This document shows positions 16,277 through 25,194 of a stretch of DNA of 64,000 nt, in pieces (position 1 is the stretch's first letter; each line of letters starts with the position of its first letter). Position numbers and translations under genes: made by a program. The DNA lies in the NCBI GenBank assembly GCA_016125275.1, contig WGMB01000002.1, forward strand, positions 253,231 through 317,230, in the 5' to 3' direction. This stretch comes from Acidobacteriota bacterium. GTDB taxonomy: Bacteria > Acidobacteriota > Terriglobia > Bryobacterales > UBA6623. Under the pieces are notes generated by a model, which saw only the letters and a list, made by a program, of their open reading frames with translations, was not told the DNA's origin and did no database searches.

Positions 16277-16617
16277 TGTTCCAGGATGACGTGACCGCGA
16301 AGAGGGTGACGCGCTACGTGATCTTGAGCGTCCTGGCGGCGTCGCCGAGCCCTTGGCTGATGTTCTCGCTGCTGTACAAGTCGATGGACGTACGCGGCTG
16401 GCCGACCAGTAAGGAATCGCTGGCGTGGCACCTCGAGCGGGTGCTGCAGCCGATGGGCCTGGTGGAGCTGCGGCGGGTGCGCGATTTGCCGCGCGAGCTG
16501 CGTGAGCGGGACGGCCGGAGCCCGGCTGAAATCGACGCGGTGTGCCTGACGCCGAAGGGCGTGAACGCCGTGAACGACCCGGATCAGCCGGGGCTCGAGG
16601 AGATCGAAGGCATCTAG
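16273..16617 (+). CDS. PadR/MarR-like winged-helix protein, 114 aa
   Basis: VILSVLAASP...SLAWHLERVLQPMGLVELRRV...CLTPKGVNAV resembles a wHTH layout. ATGA-coupled upstream. Confidence 0.35.
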   Translation: MMFQDDVTAKRVTRYVILSVLAASPSPWLMFSLLYKSMDVRGWPTSKESLAWHLERVLQPMGLVELRRVRDLPRELRERDGRSPAEIDAVCLTPKGVNAVNDPDQPGLEEIEGI

Positions 16618-17232
16618 ATGGCGGAGCGGTCGCAGGCTCGGCGGGACGAGACGCGCTTTGCGGCGTTCTACAAGCTCTCGCCCAAGGGTCGGGCCGTGGT
16701 GCAGGCCGGGCTGGACGCCGGCGCGACGCAGCGCACGATCCAGCTCGAGCTGGCGAGGATGACGGGCGAGGAGATCTCGAACGGGAGCCTCGGCCGCTAC
16801 GCCAAGGCCTGGGCGCTGCGGCAGAAGAAGCTCGGCCAGGTGGAAGAGCTCGCCGCGAAGCTGGTGGAGCGGTCCAAGGCCAACGACGTGGAGGCCGAGG
16901 ACTTCGCCCGCGCGATCTTGCAGGTCGGCTTGTTGGCGAACCAGGACGACGTCGAGGGCATGGAGCTCGGCACGTTGCTGGCGGAGAACCGCCGCATGGT
17001 GGAGCTCGGCCTGAAGCGCAAGGAGCTGGAGCTGAAGAAGGCCAAGCTCGAGCTGGTGGAGCGCGAGCTGAAGCTGCACGAGAAGCGCGAGGAGCGCATG
17101 CGCAAGGCGCTGGAAGACGAGCTGGCGAAGGCGGAACGCGGCCTGAAGAAGGGCGACGGCACGGTGTCGCAGGGCACGGTGGACGCGATCCGGCGGATGT
17201 ACGGCTTGCTGACGGAGGCGGAGGCGGCTTGA
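16618..17232 (+). CDS. Terminase small subunit (Mu gp27 / DUF3486-like)
   Basis: N-terminal HTH-like GATQRTIQLELARMTGEEISNGSLGRYAKAW plus a C-terminal coiled coil. Lies directly upstream of the large terminase. Confidence 0.6.
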   Translation: MAERSQARRDETRFAAFYKLSPKGRAVVQAGLDAGATQRTIQLELARMTGEEISNGSLGRYAKAWALRQKKLGQVEELAAKLVERSKANDVEAEDFARAILQVGLLANQDDVEGMELGTLLAENRRMVELGLKRKELELKKAKLELVERELKLHEKREERMRKALEDELAKAERGLKKGDGTVSQGTVDAIRRMYGLLTEAEAA

Positions 17233-18614
17233 ACACGCAGGTGCAGCCGACGATCGTCCCCCTGACGCGCTACCAGCGCGCCTGGGTGGAGGACGGCTCG
17301 CGCTTCAAGCTGTCGGTCAAGTCGCGCCGCATCGGCTATTCGTTCGCCACGACGCTCGAGATCGCGCTGGACATGGTGGCGCGGGGCAGCGAGTGGACGA
17401 TGATCTCGCGCGCCCAATCGAACGCCCGCGAGCTGGTGCGCGACCTGAAGCGGCACCTGCAGGCGATGAGCCTGGCGGCCGCGGACGTCGTGGCGGACGC
17501 CGAGGACGCCAGCGGGCTCGAGCTGGACGGCATGCAGCTCACGGTCTTCCGGCTGGAGCTCGCCAACGGGGCGCGCTGCCATGCGCTGACAGCGCATCCG
17601 GACGCGGCGCGCGGCTTCGGCGGCAACCTTTTCCTGGACGAGTTCGGCTTCCACCGCGACAGCGTGGAGCTGTGGCGCGGCGCGGCCGCGACGGCGATGC
17701 GCGACGCGAACCGCGTGATCGTGGTGAGCACGCCCAACTACCAACAGGGCAAGTACTTCGAGCTGGCGCGCAAGTGCGGGCTGACGGACGGCCTGGTGGA
17801 AGCGCAGCGCGGGCAGGCGGGCATCTGGAGCTGGCACCGCGTGACGCTCGAACAGGCGATTCCGGAGATGGCGGCCGTCGGGCAGCACGTCGACATGGAC
17901 ACGATGCGCGAGCTGGCCGACGACGAGGAGACGTTCCAGCAGGAGTTCTGCTGCGCGTTCCTGACGTCGAGCGAGATGTGGATCGGGCCGGAGCTGATCG
18001 CGGCCGCGCGCTCGGCCTGGGCCACGAAGGAGTGGAATCCGGAGCGCAGCGTGGAGGGCGACCTCTACGTGGGCATGGACATCGGCCGCAAGAAGGACCG
18101 CACGGTGATCTGGATCGATGAGCGGTTCTCGACGGGCCTGTCGATCACGCGCGGCGTGGTGGAGCTGCACAAGATGCCGTTCTATCAGCAGCTTGCGGTG
18201 GCGGAGGAGATCGCGCGGCACCGCAAGGTGAAGCGCTTCGCCGTGGACGCCACGGGCATCGGCATGATGCTGGCCGAGGAGCTGCAGCGCCGGTTCGGCT
18301 CGCGCGTGGAGCCGGTGATGTTCACGCAGCAGAGCAAGGAAGAGATGGCCGTGATCGCGCGTAGGCGCTTTGAGGAACGGCTGTCGAAGATCCCCGAAAA
18401 CGCGCCGGAGATCGAGCGCGCACTGATGGCGATCAAGCGGCAGGCGACGCCGACCGGATCGCTGCGGTTCGACGCCGAGCGCTCGGACCAAGGGCACGCG
18501 GACCACGCCTGGGCGAAGTTTCTGGCGGATTACGCCGGCGAGCGCAAGGGATGCGGCGCGCCGGAATGGCAGGTAGGCGAGCAGCAGGCCTGGTCGCAGG
18601 CGGCGGGCTGGTAG
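17229..18614 (+). CDS. Terminase large subunit (Mu gp28-like)
   Basis: TTG at 17229 overlaps the TerS stop. ATPase-like KSRRIGYSFA, LFLDEFGF (Walker B-like), and a nuclease-like DIGRKKDRTVIW...VDATGIG. Confidence 0.75.
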   Translation: MNTQVQPTIVPLTRYQRAWVEDGSRFKLSVKSRRIGYSFATTLEIALDMVARGSEWTMISRAQSNARELVRDLKRHLQAMSLAAADVVADAEDASGLELDGMQLTVFRLELANGARCHALTAHPDAARGFGGNLFLDEFGFHRDSVELWRGAAATAMRDANRVIVVSTPNYQQGKYFELARKCGLTDGLVEAQRGQAGIWSWHRVTLEQAIPEMAAVGQHVDMDTMRELADDEETFQQEFCCAFLTSSEMWIGPELIAAARSAWATKEWNPERSVEGDLYVGMDIGRKKDRTVIWIDERFSTGLSITRGVVELHKMPFYQQLAVAEEIARHRKVKRFAVDATGIGMMLAEELQRRFGSRVEPVMFTQQSKEEMAVIARRRFEERLSKIPENAPEIERALMAIKRQATPTGSLRFDAERSDQGHADHAWAKFLADYAGERKGCGAPEWQVGEQQAWSQAAGW

Positions 18615-18620
18615 GTACGA

Positions 18621-20096
18621 ATGGCGGCGGAAGCGGCAGTCGAGCTGACACGGGGCGATTCGCGGTTGCGCGAAGAGCTGACGGGGCCTGAGGCGCTCGG
18701 GTCGATGTTCTCGTCCGCCCTGTTGTCTGTGGACTCAACCGACGAGAATCCGACGGGCGTCTGGGGCCGCATGAAACAGGAGCGCGGGGCTGGCGCGATC
18801 CGCTACTACGCCGAGATGGAAGAGAAGGTCGACGTGTACGGGGCGCTGCTCGAGGGGCGGATCAATGCCGTCCTGAGTAAGGGCCAGCACGTCGAGCCGC
18901 GCTCGGACGACGCCCGGGATCAGCGCGTGGCGGAGTACTGCGACCGGCTGATCGACCTGCTGCCGGACTGGCGCGGCGTGCTCGAGCAGATGCTCGATGC
19001 GATGGGCAAGGGCGTCGCGATCGGCGAGCTGATGTGGCAGTTCGATGGCAGCGAGATCTCGCTCGAGTCGATCCGCTTCCGCAACGCCGAGTACTTCGGG
19101 TTTGCGCCGCTGGGCGGAGCCGAGGTGGGCCCGCTGCGGCTGACGGCCGGTGGCCAGGACGTGGAGCTGCCGGAAGCGAAGTTCGTGGTCTGCACGTTCG
19201 GCAAGCGCTACGAGAACCGCTGGGGCCGGCCGCTGGGGCGGCGCTGCTTCTGGCAGGGCTGGTTTTTGAGACAGGGTTCGCGATTTTGGCTGCGGTTCTG
19301 CGAAAAAGGCAACGGCACGGTGCTGGCGAAGTACCAGGGCAGCGCCGATGAGGACACGCGGCGGCGCGCGCTGGCGGCCGCCAAGGCGATCAACGAGCAC
19401 ACGGCCGCGGCGATTCCCGAGGACTTCTTGGTGGAGTTGTTGGAGGGCGCACGGGGCGGCGGCACGGACGTCTACGAACGGCTGGTGCGGCGCTTCGAGG
19501 GCTCGATCGCCAAGACCGTGCTGGGGCAGACGCTCACGAGCGCGGGCAGCGACCAGGGTACGGGCTCGATGGCGCTCGGCCAGGTCCACAACGACGTCCG
19601 CCAGGAGTACGTGGAGGCCGACGCCCACCGGCTGAGCCTGTGGGTGGAGCAACGGATCTTCCGGCCGGCGGTGGCGTTGCAGTTCGGTCCGGACGTGCTG
19701 CCGCCGCGGTATGTGATCGAGGCCGAAGAGGGCGAGGACCTGGGCCAGGCGGCCGACCTGCTGGGCAAGGCGCGCAAGCTGGGGCTGCGGATCGCGCGCA
19801 GCTATGCGCATGAGCGTCTCCAGATTCCGGAACCCGAGCAGGCCGACGCGGACTTGCTGGGCGCGGCCCCGGCCGAGGCCTCGGCCAATGGTCCGAACGG
19901 GCCGGATGGGACGCCGCCGGCGGAGCCTGGCGCTCCGCAGGATGGGTCCCAGTTCAGCGATCAACCGCCGCAGGCGAGCGAGGTCGACAAGATCATGGCC
20001 GCCGGCATTCGGGCGGGCCGGGTGACGTACAAGGCTTGGGTCGACGAGCTGATCGGCGCGGCGCTGCGGGAGCTGCCGGAGGAGGTCGGACGGTGA
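18621..20096 (+). CDS. Portal protein (DUF935, Mu gp29-like)
   Basis: 491 aa. ...AKTVLGQTLTSAGSDQGTGSMALGQVHNDVRQEYVEADA... is the characteristic DUF935 stretch. Lies after the terminase. Confidence 0.8.
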   Translation: MAAEAAVELTRGDSRLREELTGPEALGSMFSSALLSVDSTDENPTGVWGRMKQERGAGAIRYYAEMEEKVDVYGALLEGRINAVLSKGQHVEPRSDDARDQRVAEYCDRLIDLLPDWRGVLEQMLDAMGKGVAIGELMWQFDGSEISLESIRFRNAEYFGFAPLGGAEVGPLRLTAGGQDVELPEAKFVVCTFGKRYENRWGRPLGRRCFWQGWFLRQGSRFWLRFCEKGNGTVLAKYQGSADEDTRRRALAAAKAINEHTAAAIPEDFLVELLEGARGGGTDVYERLVRRFEGSIAKTVLGQTLTSAGSDQGTGSMALGQVHNDVRQEYVEADAHRLSLWVEQRIFRPAVALQFGPDVLPPRYVIEAEEGEDLGQAADLLGKARKLGLRIARSYAHERLQIPEPEQADADLLGAAPAEASANGPNGPDGTPPAEPGAPQDGSQFSDQPPQASEVDKIMAAGIRAGRVTYKAWVDELIGAALRELPEEVGR

Positions 20097-20434
20097 GGAA
20101 GACCTCTCGGCAGTTCGTCTCCCTGCGCCGGCTGAGTCCGATGGCGCGGCAGGTCGCGCTCTCGATCCTGTGCGGCGAAGTCGCTGACGCTGAGGGGATT
20201 GCCCGGGACCTGGACTGCGCCGTAGACCTGGTTTCCGCGGCCATCGGCGAGCTGCAGGCCAAGTTTGCCGGCCTGAACATCAACCGGCTGGCCGCCGACG
20301 CGCGAGGGCTGGTGGTTCTGTCCGGCGGCGTGCGGGCTGTGGCGCTCGACGAGGACGAGCTGGCGGCCCTGCGGGAGATGCGAACCCGGCGGCTCGAATC
20401 CCTGCGGCCTGCGCCCGAGGAGGCGCTGAGTTGA
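20093..20434 (+). CDS. LuxR/GerE-like HTH protein, 113 aa
   Basis: LSPMARQVALSILCGEVADAEGIARDLDCAVDLVSAAIGELQAKFG resembles a GerE-type HTH. GTGA-coupled to the portal gene. Confidence 0.35.
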   Translation: MRKTSRQFVSLRRLSPMARQVALSILCGEVADAEGIARDLDCAVDLVSAAIGELQAKFAGLNINRLAADARGLVVLSGGVRAVALDEDELAALREMRTRRLESLRPAPEEALS

Positions 20435-22032
20435 GGCTCGCGCTCCAGGATGCGCAGGTGCGCGAGCTCGCAACGAGGCTCGGCCTGGTGATGACGCTCG
20501 CCGACCTGGTGGGCCGGGCCCGCGTGGTGGAAGAGGCGCGCGGCGACGGCGTCGACGTTGCTTTGGACCCGACGCCGGCGTTCGCCGACGTGGCCGCGCA
20601 GATCTTGCCGTTCACGTCGATCGAGCCTGAAGCGGCGATGGAGATCTTCCGCCAGAAGTACGCCGTCACGCGCGAGGCCTTCGACAAGATGGCGAAGCGC
20701 TACCGGGCTTCGGCGTTCACGATCGCCCGTGTTGAGTCGGTCGCGCTGATCGAGAAGGTACAGCTCGAGGTCGATCGAGCGATCGCCCAAGGCCTGACGC
20801 AGCAGCAGTTTGCGGCGAACGCCGACCAAGTGCTGCGGGCCGCCGGCGTGACGCTCGACCCGTTCCATATCGAGACGGTGTTTCGCACGAATGTCTTGTC
20901 TGCGTACGGCGCCGGCCGGCTGTCGCAGCAGCTCCGGACCAAGAAGGCGTTGCCCATTTGGGAGTACGTCACGGTTCAGGACAGCCGGGTGCGCGACGAG
21001 CACGCGGCGCTGCATGGCTTTCTGGCGCGTTGGGACGACCCGGTGTGGAAGCGGATCTATCCGCCGAACGGCTACAACTGCCGCTGCGGCGTTCGCGTGC
21101 ACAGCGAAGCGGCCGGCAAGCGCCTGGCGTACGAGCGGCGGCAGGACCTCGACAAGCAGGGCCTGACGCGGCTGCCCGCCGGCGTGAAGATCGACTTCGA
21201 CCGCTGGCCGTTGGCCGATCCGGGGGCGGCGGTGGTGCAGAGCGCGGCCGCGACGGGCGAGCGGAGCGCCCAGGAGATCACGGCCGGAGCGCTCGAGATC
21301 AAGCGCGGCGCGACGAAGCAGCTCGCGCCGCTGCGCAAGGAGCTCGAGGCCGTGGAGCCGCAGTACCTGCGCGAGATCCTCGCCGGCAGCGACGACGCCA
21401 AGAAGACGGCGGCGAAGGTGCGGACGCTGCGCGAGGAGATCGACCAGGTCCGGCGAGCCGCAACGGAACGCATCCACGCGCTGGTGCGGGTGCGGCGGCC
21501 GCAGCGCTGGGAAGCCGCGATCGGCTCCCGGATCGACGCCAAGCGGCGCTCGACGTGGGAGGCCGGGGTGCGGGAGTTCGCCCGGCTGGTCTCGGACCTG
21601 GTGCGCGTGGCTGAGAGCGATTTGAACGTGACGTTCCGGTCGGGGAGCGGCCGGCGGTCGCACTACGACGTGAGCGCGCGGGCCGTGGTGATGGCGCCGC
21701 GGGCCGGAGTCCGGATCGTCGTCCATGAGCTGGGGCACGCGCTCGAGGCGCGGAACCCCGGCGTGGCGCGGAAGGCTCGGGCGTTCCTGCTCGAGCGCGC
21801 CGGCGACGAGACGCTGCAGCGGCTGGCGGCGCTGACTGGAAAACCTTACGGGCCGAAAGAGGTCGCTTATAAGGACCGCTTTCTGGACGCCTATATGGGC
21901 AAGTGGTACGGGTCCGGACCTCACTCGGAGATCGTATCCATGGGCCTGGAGTGGCTGTACGCCGATCCGCTGCGGCTGCTGGATGATCCGGAATATTTCG
22001 GCTTTATCGTCGGTTTGTTGAGGGGCGAATAG
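20431..22032 (+). CDS. MuF-like head morphogenesis protein with C-terminal HExxH domain
   Basis: MuF core PIWEYVTVQDSRVRDEHAALHGF...YPPNGYNCRCGV. A C-terminal region of about 230 aa carries IVVHELGHALE. Confidence 0.75.
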   Translation: MRLALQDAQVRELATRLGLVMTLADLVGRARVVEEARGDGVDVALDPTPAFADVAAQILPFTSIEPEAAMEIFRQKYAVTREAFDKMAKRYRASAFTIARVESVALIEKVQLEVDRAIAQGLTQQQFAANADQVLRAAGVTLDPFHIETVFRTNVLSAYGAGRLSQQLRTKKALPIWEYVTVQDSRVRDEHAALHGFLARWDDPVWKRIYPPNGYNCRCGVRVHSEAAGKRLAYERRQDLDKQGLTRLPAGVKIDFDRWPLADPGAAVVQSAAATGERSAQEITAGALEIKRGATKQLAPLRKELEAVEPQYLREILAGSDDAKKTAAKVRTLREEIDQVRRAATERIHALVRVRRPQRWEAAIGSRIDAKRRSTWEAGVREFARLVSDLVRVAESDLNVTFRSGSGRRSHYDVSARAVVMAPRAGVRIVVHELGHALEARNPGVARKARAFLLERAGDETLQRLAALTGKPYGPKEVAYKDRFLDAYMGKWYGSGPHSEIVSMGLEWLYADPLRLLDDPEYFGFIVGLLRGE

Positions 22033-22034
22033 GG

Positions 22035-22274
22035 ATGGTCAAGATCCAAATCGGCAGGAGCACGGCGACGATCGACGGCTGGAAGTGGACGTCGGAGAAC
22101 GCGCTGCTCCAGCGCGAGCTGAATGCGCTGCTCGACCCGGCGGGACCCGAGGCGTCCGACCCGGACCCGGACTACACGGCCGCAGTGGCTGCGGTGCGCC
22201 GGTTCGACGGGGAGATCGTGGCGGTGGACGGCGCGGGCGATCCGAGCGAGCCGGATGAGGAGGCGATCTATTGA
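22035..22274 (+). CDS. Small strongly acidic hypothetical protein, 79 aa
   Basis: 16 Asp/Glu vs 6 Lys/Arg, counted from the translation. Lies 3 nt after the MuF stop, and its stop overlaps the scaffold start. Confidence 0.5.
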   Translation: MVKIQIGRSTATIDGWKWTSENALLQRELNALLDPAGPEASDPDPDYTAAVAAVRRFDGEIVAVDGAGDPSEPDEEAIY

Positions 22275-23329
22275 GGCTCGACGGCTGGATTGAAGTCTTC
22301 CGGGCCGGCGACTACGGCGCCAAGGGCGAGTGGACGGCCGACGACGTGGCGCGGATCGCGGCGAGCTACGACCGCAGCTACCACGAGTCGCCGCTGGTGC
22401 TGGGCCATCCGAAGACGGATGCGCCGGCCTACGGCTGGGTGGATCAGCTCAAGGCCGAGGGCGGCACGCTGCTGGCGAAGTTGCGCGATGTGCCGGCGGA
22501 GCTGGGCGAGGCGGTGCGGGCCGGGCGGTGGAGGAAGCGGTCGGTCGCACTGTACCGCGACCTGGACGGCAAGGGGCCGTACTTGCGGCACCTGGGTTTG
22601 CTGGGGGCGGAGCCTCCGGCGGTGAAGGGCTTGCAGCCCGCGTTTGGGGAAGCCGGTGATGCGGCGTTCCTCGAGATCGAACAGGAGGCGAGGAAGACGA
22701 TGGACCTGAGCGAAGTGCGTCGCGCGATGAGCGAGGCGCTGACGGAGTTCGGCGAACGCCTCGGGCTGAAGAAGCCGGAGGCGACCGCCGAGGCGGTCAA
22801 GGCTGCCGTGGCGGAACAGGCTGCGGCAATTCGCGCGGAACTGGAGACGGGTTTCTCCGAACGCGAGAAGGAAATGCAGAAGTCAATCGACGAATTGAAG
22901 GCTGCCAACGAAAAGATTTCGCGCTCCGGCGCGGAAAACGAGCTGCTTCAGTTCGTGGAAAAGGCCGCGAACGAGGGCCGTTTGACGCCGGCTGCTCTGC
23001 CCGCCGCGAAGGCGCTGGCGGCGCTGCTGGCCGGGCACTCGACGACGGTCGAGTTCGGCGAGGGCGACGCGAAAAAGAGCGTGACGGCTGGCGCTCTTTT
23101 CGGTGAACTGCTCGCGAAACTCCCCGTGAAGGTGGAGTTCCGGGAGCTGACGGGCAGCCTCAAGACGGCGGCCGGCGGCGAGGTGGTCGAGTTCTCGGCG
23201 CCGGCGCCCGGCGTGGAGGTCGAGGGCGTCGACCTGGCGGCGCGGGCGCAGCGCATCGCCGCCGACCGGAAGCTCGAGTTCGGCGACGCGCTCAAGCTCG
23301 CGCGTCGTGAGCTGCAGGGGGTGGCCTGA
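22271..23329 (+). CDS. Head protease/scaffold (Mu I / GPO-like)
   Basis: N-terminus ...VFRAGDYG...PLVLGHPKTDAPAYGWV...LLAKL...RSVAL, with an Ala/Glu-rich coiled-coil C-terminal half. Position is before the decoration and capsid genes. Confidence 0.6.
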   Translation: MRLDGWIEVFRAGDYGAKGEWTADDVARIAASYDRSYHESPLVLGHPKTDAPAYGWVDQLKAEGGTLLAKLRDVPAELGEAVRAGRWRKRSVALYRDLDGKGPYLRHLGLLGAEPPAVKGLQPAFGEAGDAAFLEIEQEARKTMDLSEVRRAMSEALTEFGERLGLKKPEATAEAVKAAVAEQAAAIRAELETGFSEREKEMQKSIDELKAANEKISRSGAENELLQFVEKAANEGRLTPAALPAAKALAALLAGHSTTVEFGEGDAKKSVTAGALFGELLAKLPVKVEFRELTGSLKTAAGGEVVEFSAPAPGVEVEGVDLAARAQRIAADRKLEFGDALKLARRELQGVA

Positions 23330-24081
23330 TGAGCGCTCGGATCGGAGGAGCGGAGATCGTCCGGACGTACACCGCCGGCGAGGCGGTGGCGGAGGGCGCG
23401 GCGGTCGTCCTGTCGGGCGCCGGCGAGGCGAGCCTGCCCAGCGCGGCGGGCTCGAAGATCCTGGGCGTCACGTCGCAGAAGGGCGACCCCAGCGACGTGA
23501 AGTACACCCGCATGCCGGTGGTGACCACGGGCGAGGCGGACGCGCTGGCGGGCGGCACGATCAGCGAGGGCGACCTGCTGACGGTGACCACGGCCGGCAA
23601 GCTGATCACGGCCACGGGCGGGCAGAACGTGGTGGCGATCGCCCGCGAGGACGCCGTGGCGGACCAGCTCTTTGCGGTGCTGCTGCTGCCGGCGTCGGAG
23701 ACGCGGCTGATCGTGGCCCCGTTCAACCTGACGGGGACGGCGCCGGCCACGGCGGCCAACTTCGGGCACTTCTTCACCGCCGACCGGGCGCTGAAGATCA
23801 TCGGCGGCCGGTTCCGCGTGATCACGCCGGGCTCGGACGGCGGCGCCGTCACGGCCATGCTCAAGAAGGTTCCGAGCGGGACCGCGATGGCGTCGGGAAC
23901 GGACGCGCTGGCGACCGCGATGGACCTGAAGACGACCGCCAACACGAACGCCGCGCTGGCGCTGCACGCGACGGCGGGCAACATCACTTTGGCGGCCGGC
24001 GATTCGCTGGCGCTGGTCCCGACGGGGACGCTAACCGCGCTGGCCGGGCTGCAACTGACGGTCGAGCTGGTGGAGGTCTAG
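23329..24081 (+). CDS. Head decoration protein (DUF2190-like N-domain)
   Basis: ...YTAGEAVAEGAAVVL...ILGVTSQKG...VVTTGEADALAGGTISEGDLLTV...VVAIAREDA fits the DUF2190 pattern. Lies immediately upstream of the capsid gene. Confidence 0.55.
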   Translation: MSARIGGAEIVRTYTAGEAVAEGAAVVLSGAGEASLPSAAGSKILGVTSQKGDPSDVKYTRMPVVTTGEADALAGGTISEGDLLTVTTAGKLITATGGQNVVAIAREDAVADQLFAVLLLPASETRLIVAPFNLTGTAPATAANFGHFFTADRALKIIGGRFRVITPGSDGGAVTAMLKKVPSGTAMASGTDALATAMDLKTTANTNAALALHATAGNITLAAGDSLALVPTGTLTALAGLQLTVELVEV

Positions 24082-24084
24082 GCG

Positions 24085-25029
24085 ATGCCTGATTCGTTCC
24101 AAGGACACATCGACGCTGCGCTGAGCATGTATGCGCAGCGCTACGTCAACCGCGATCTGATCGCGGACATCGTGGCTCCCCGCGTGCCGGTCGGACGGCA
24201 GTCCGACAAGTACTGGCAGTGGGGCCGCGAGGACATGCAGGGCGCGGCCATCGACGACACCCGGGCTCCCGGCGCCGGGGCAATCATGGTCACGAAGACG
24301 CTGTCTAGCGACCTGTACCACTGTCCGGACCACGCCCGCAAGGCGGTGATCGCGGACGAGGAAGCCGCCAACTACGACGCCGGCGACCTGCGCCAGGAGT
24401 ACACCGGGACGCTGACGAACCAGGTGCTGCTGGGGCATGAGTACCGCACGGCGCAACTGCTGACCACGCCGGGCAACTTCCCCTCCGGCAACAAGGTCCA
24501 GCTCTCGAGCAACGACCAGTGGAACTCCGGCGACGCCGCGGCGCAGCCGGTGGAAGACATCATGACCGGCCGCGACGCCATCGTCGCCAAGACCGGCATG
24601 AAGCCGAACGTGCTGGTGCTGGGCTACCAGGTCTACTCCGGCCTGAAGAACAACGCCGCGCTGATCGAGCGGATCAAGTACACCAAACTCGGCAACCCGA
24701 ACGAGCAGGACTTGGCGCAGCTCTTCGAGGTCGATCGCGTGGTGATCGGCTCGGCCATCAGCCGTTCGGCCGCCGGCGTCAACTCGTACATCTGGGGCAA
24801 GCACGCCGTGCTGCTCTACGTGCAGCCGACGCCCAGCCGGACCGACATTTCGGCGGCCAAGACGTTCGTGTGGACCGGCGCGCCGGGCACCTCGGGCGGC
24901 TTCCAAACGGCGTTCTATCGCCACCCGGAAGAGGACCGCAAGGCCGACGTCGGGCATGTGCACTTCTACCACAACGAGAAGGTCACGGCGTCGGACGCCA
25001 TGTACCTGATCGAGGACGCCGTCGCCTAG
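24085..25029 (+). CDS. Major capsid protein (lambda gpE-like, Phage_cap_E)
   Basis: 314 aa. N-terminus ...SMYAQRYVNRDLIADIVAPRVPVGRQSDKYWQWG.... Paired with the DUF2190 gene and followed by a strong hairpin. Confidence 0.7.
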   Translation: MPDSFQGHIDAALSMYAQRYVNRDLIADIVAPRVPVGRQSDKYWQWGREDMQGAAIDDTRAPGAGAIMVTKTLSSDLYHCPDHARKAVIADEEAANYDAGDLRQEYTGTLTNQVLLGHEYRTAQLLTTPGNFPSGNKVQLSSNDQWNSGDAAAQPVEDIMTGRDAIVAKTGMKPNVLVLGYQVYSGLKNNAALIERIKYTKLGNPNEQDLAQLFEVDRVVIGSAISRSAAGVNSYIWGKHAVLLYVQPTPSRTDISAAKTFVWTGAPGTSGGFQTAFYRHPEEDRKADVGHVHFYHNEKVTASDAMYLIEDAVA

Positions 25030-25046
25030 GCGGCGGACCTCCAACT

Positions 25047-25079
25047 GAGGGGCGGCCTGGCGGGCGCGGGCCGCCTCTC
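25047..25079 (+). terminator. Strong stem-loop downstream of capsid gene (attenuator/RNA stabiliser; no U-tract)
   Basis: GAGGGGCGGCC-N11-GGCCGCCTCTC, an 11-bp stem with one G-U pair. Confidence 0.4.
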
Positions 25080-25194
25080 AACCGGAACCGAGGGACCAAA
25101 TGGACAAAGAGCAGCAGCAGGACCGATGGCGCTGGCGCTACGCAAGACGGTCCGCCGGGCGCTGCGGATCAAGCTGCGGGAGGAGGACTAGGCG

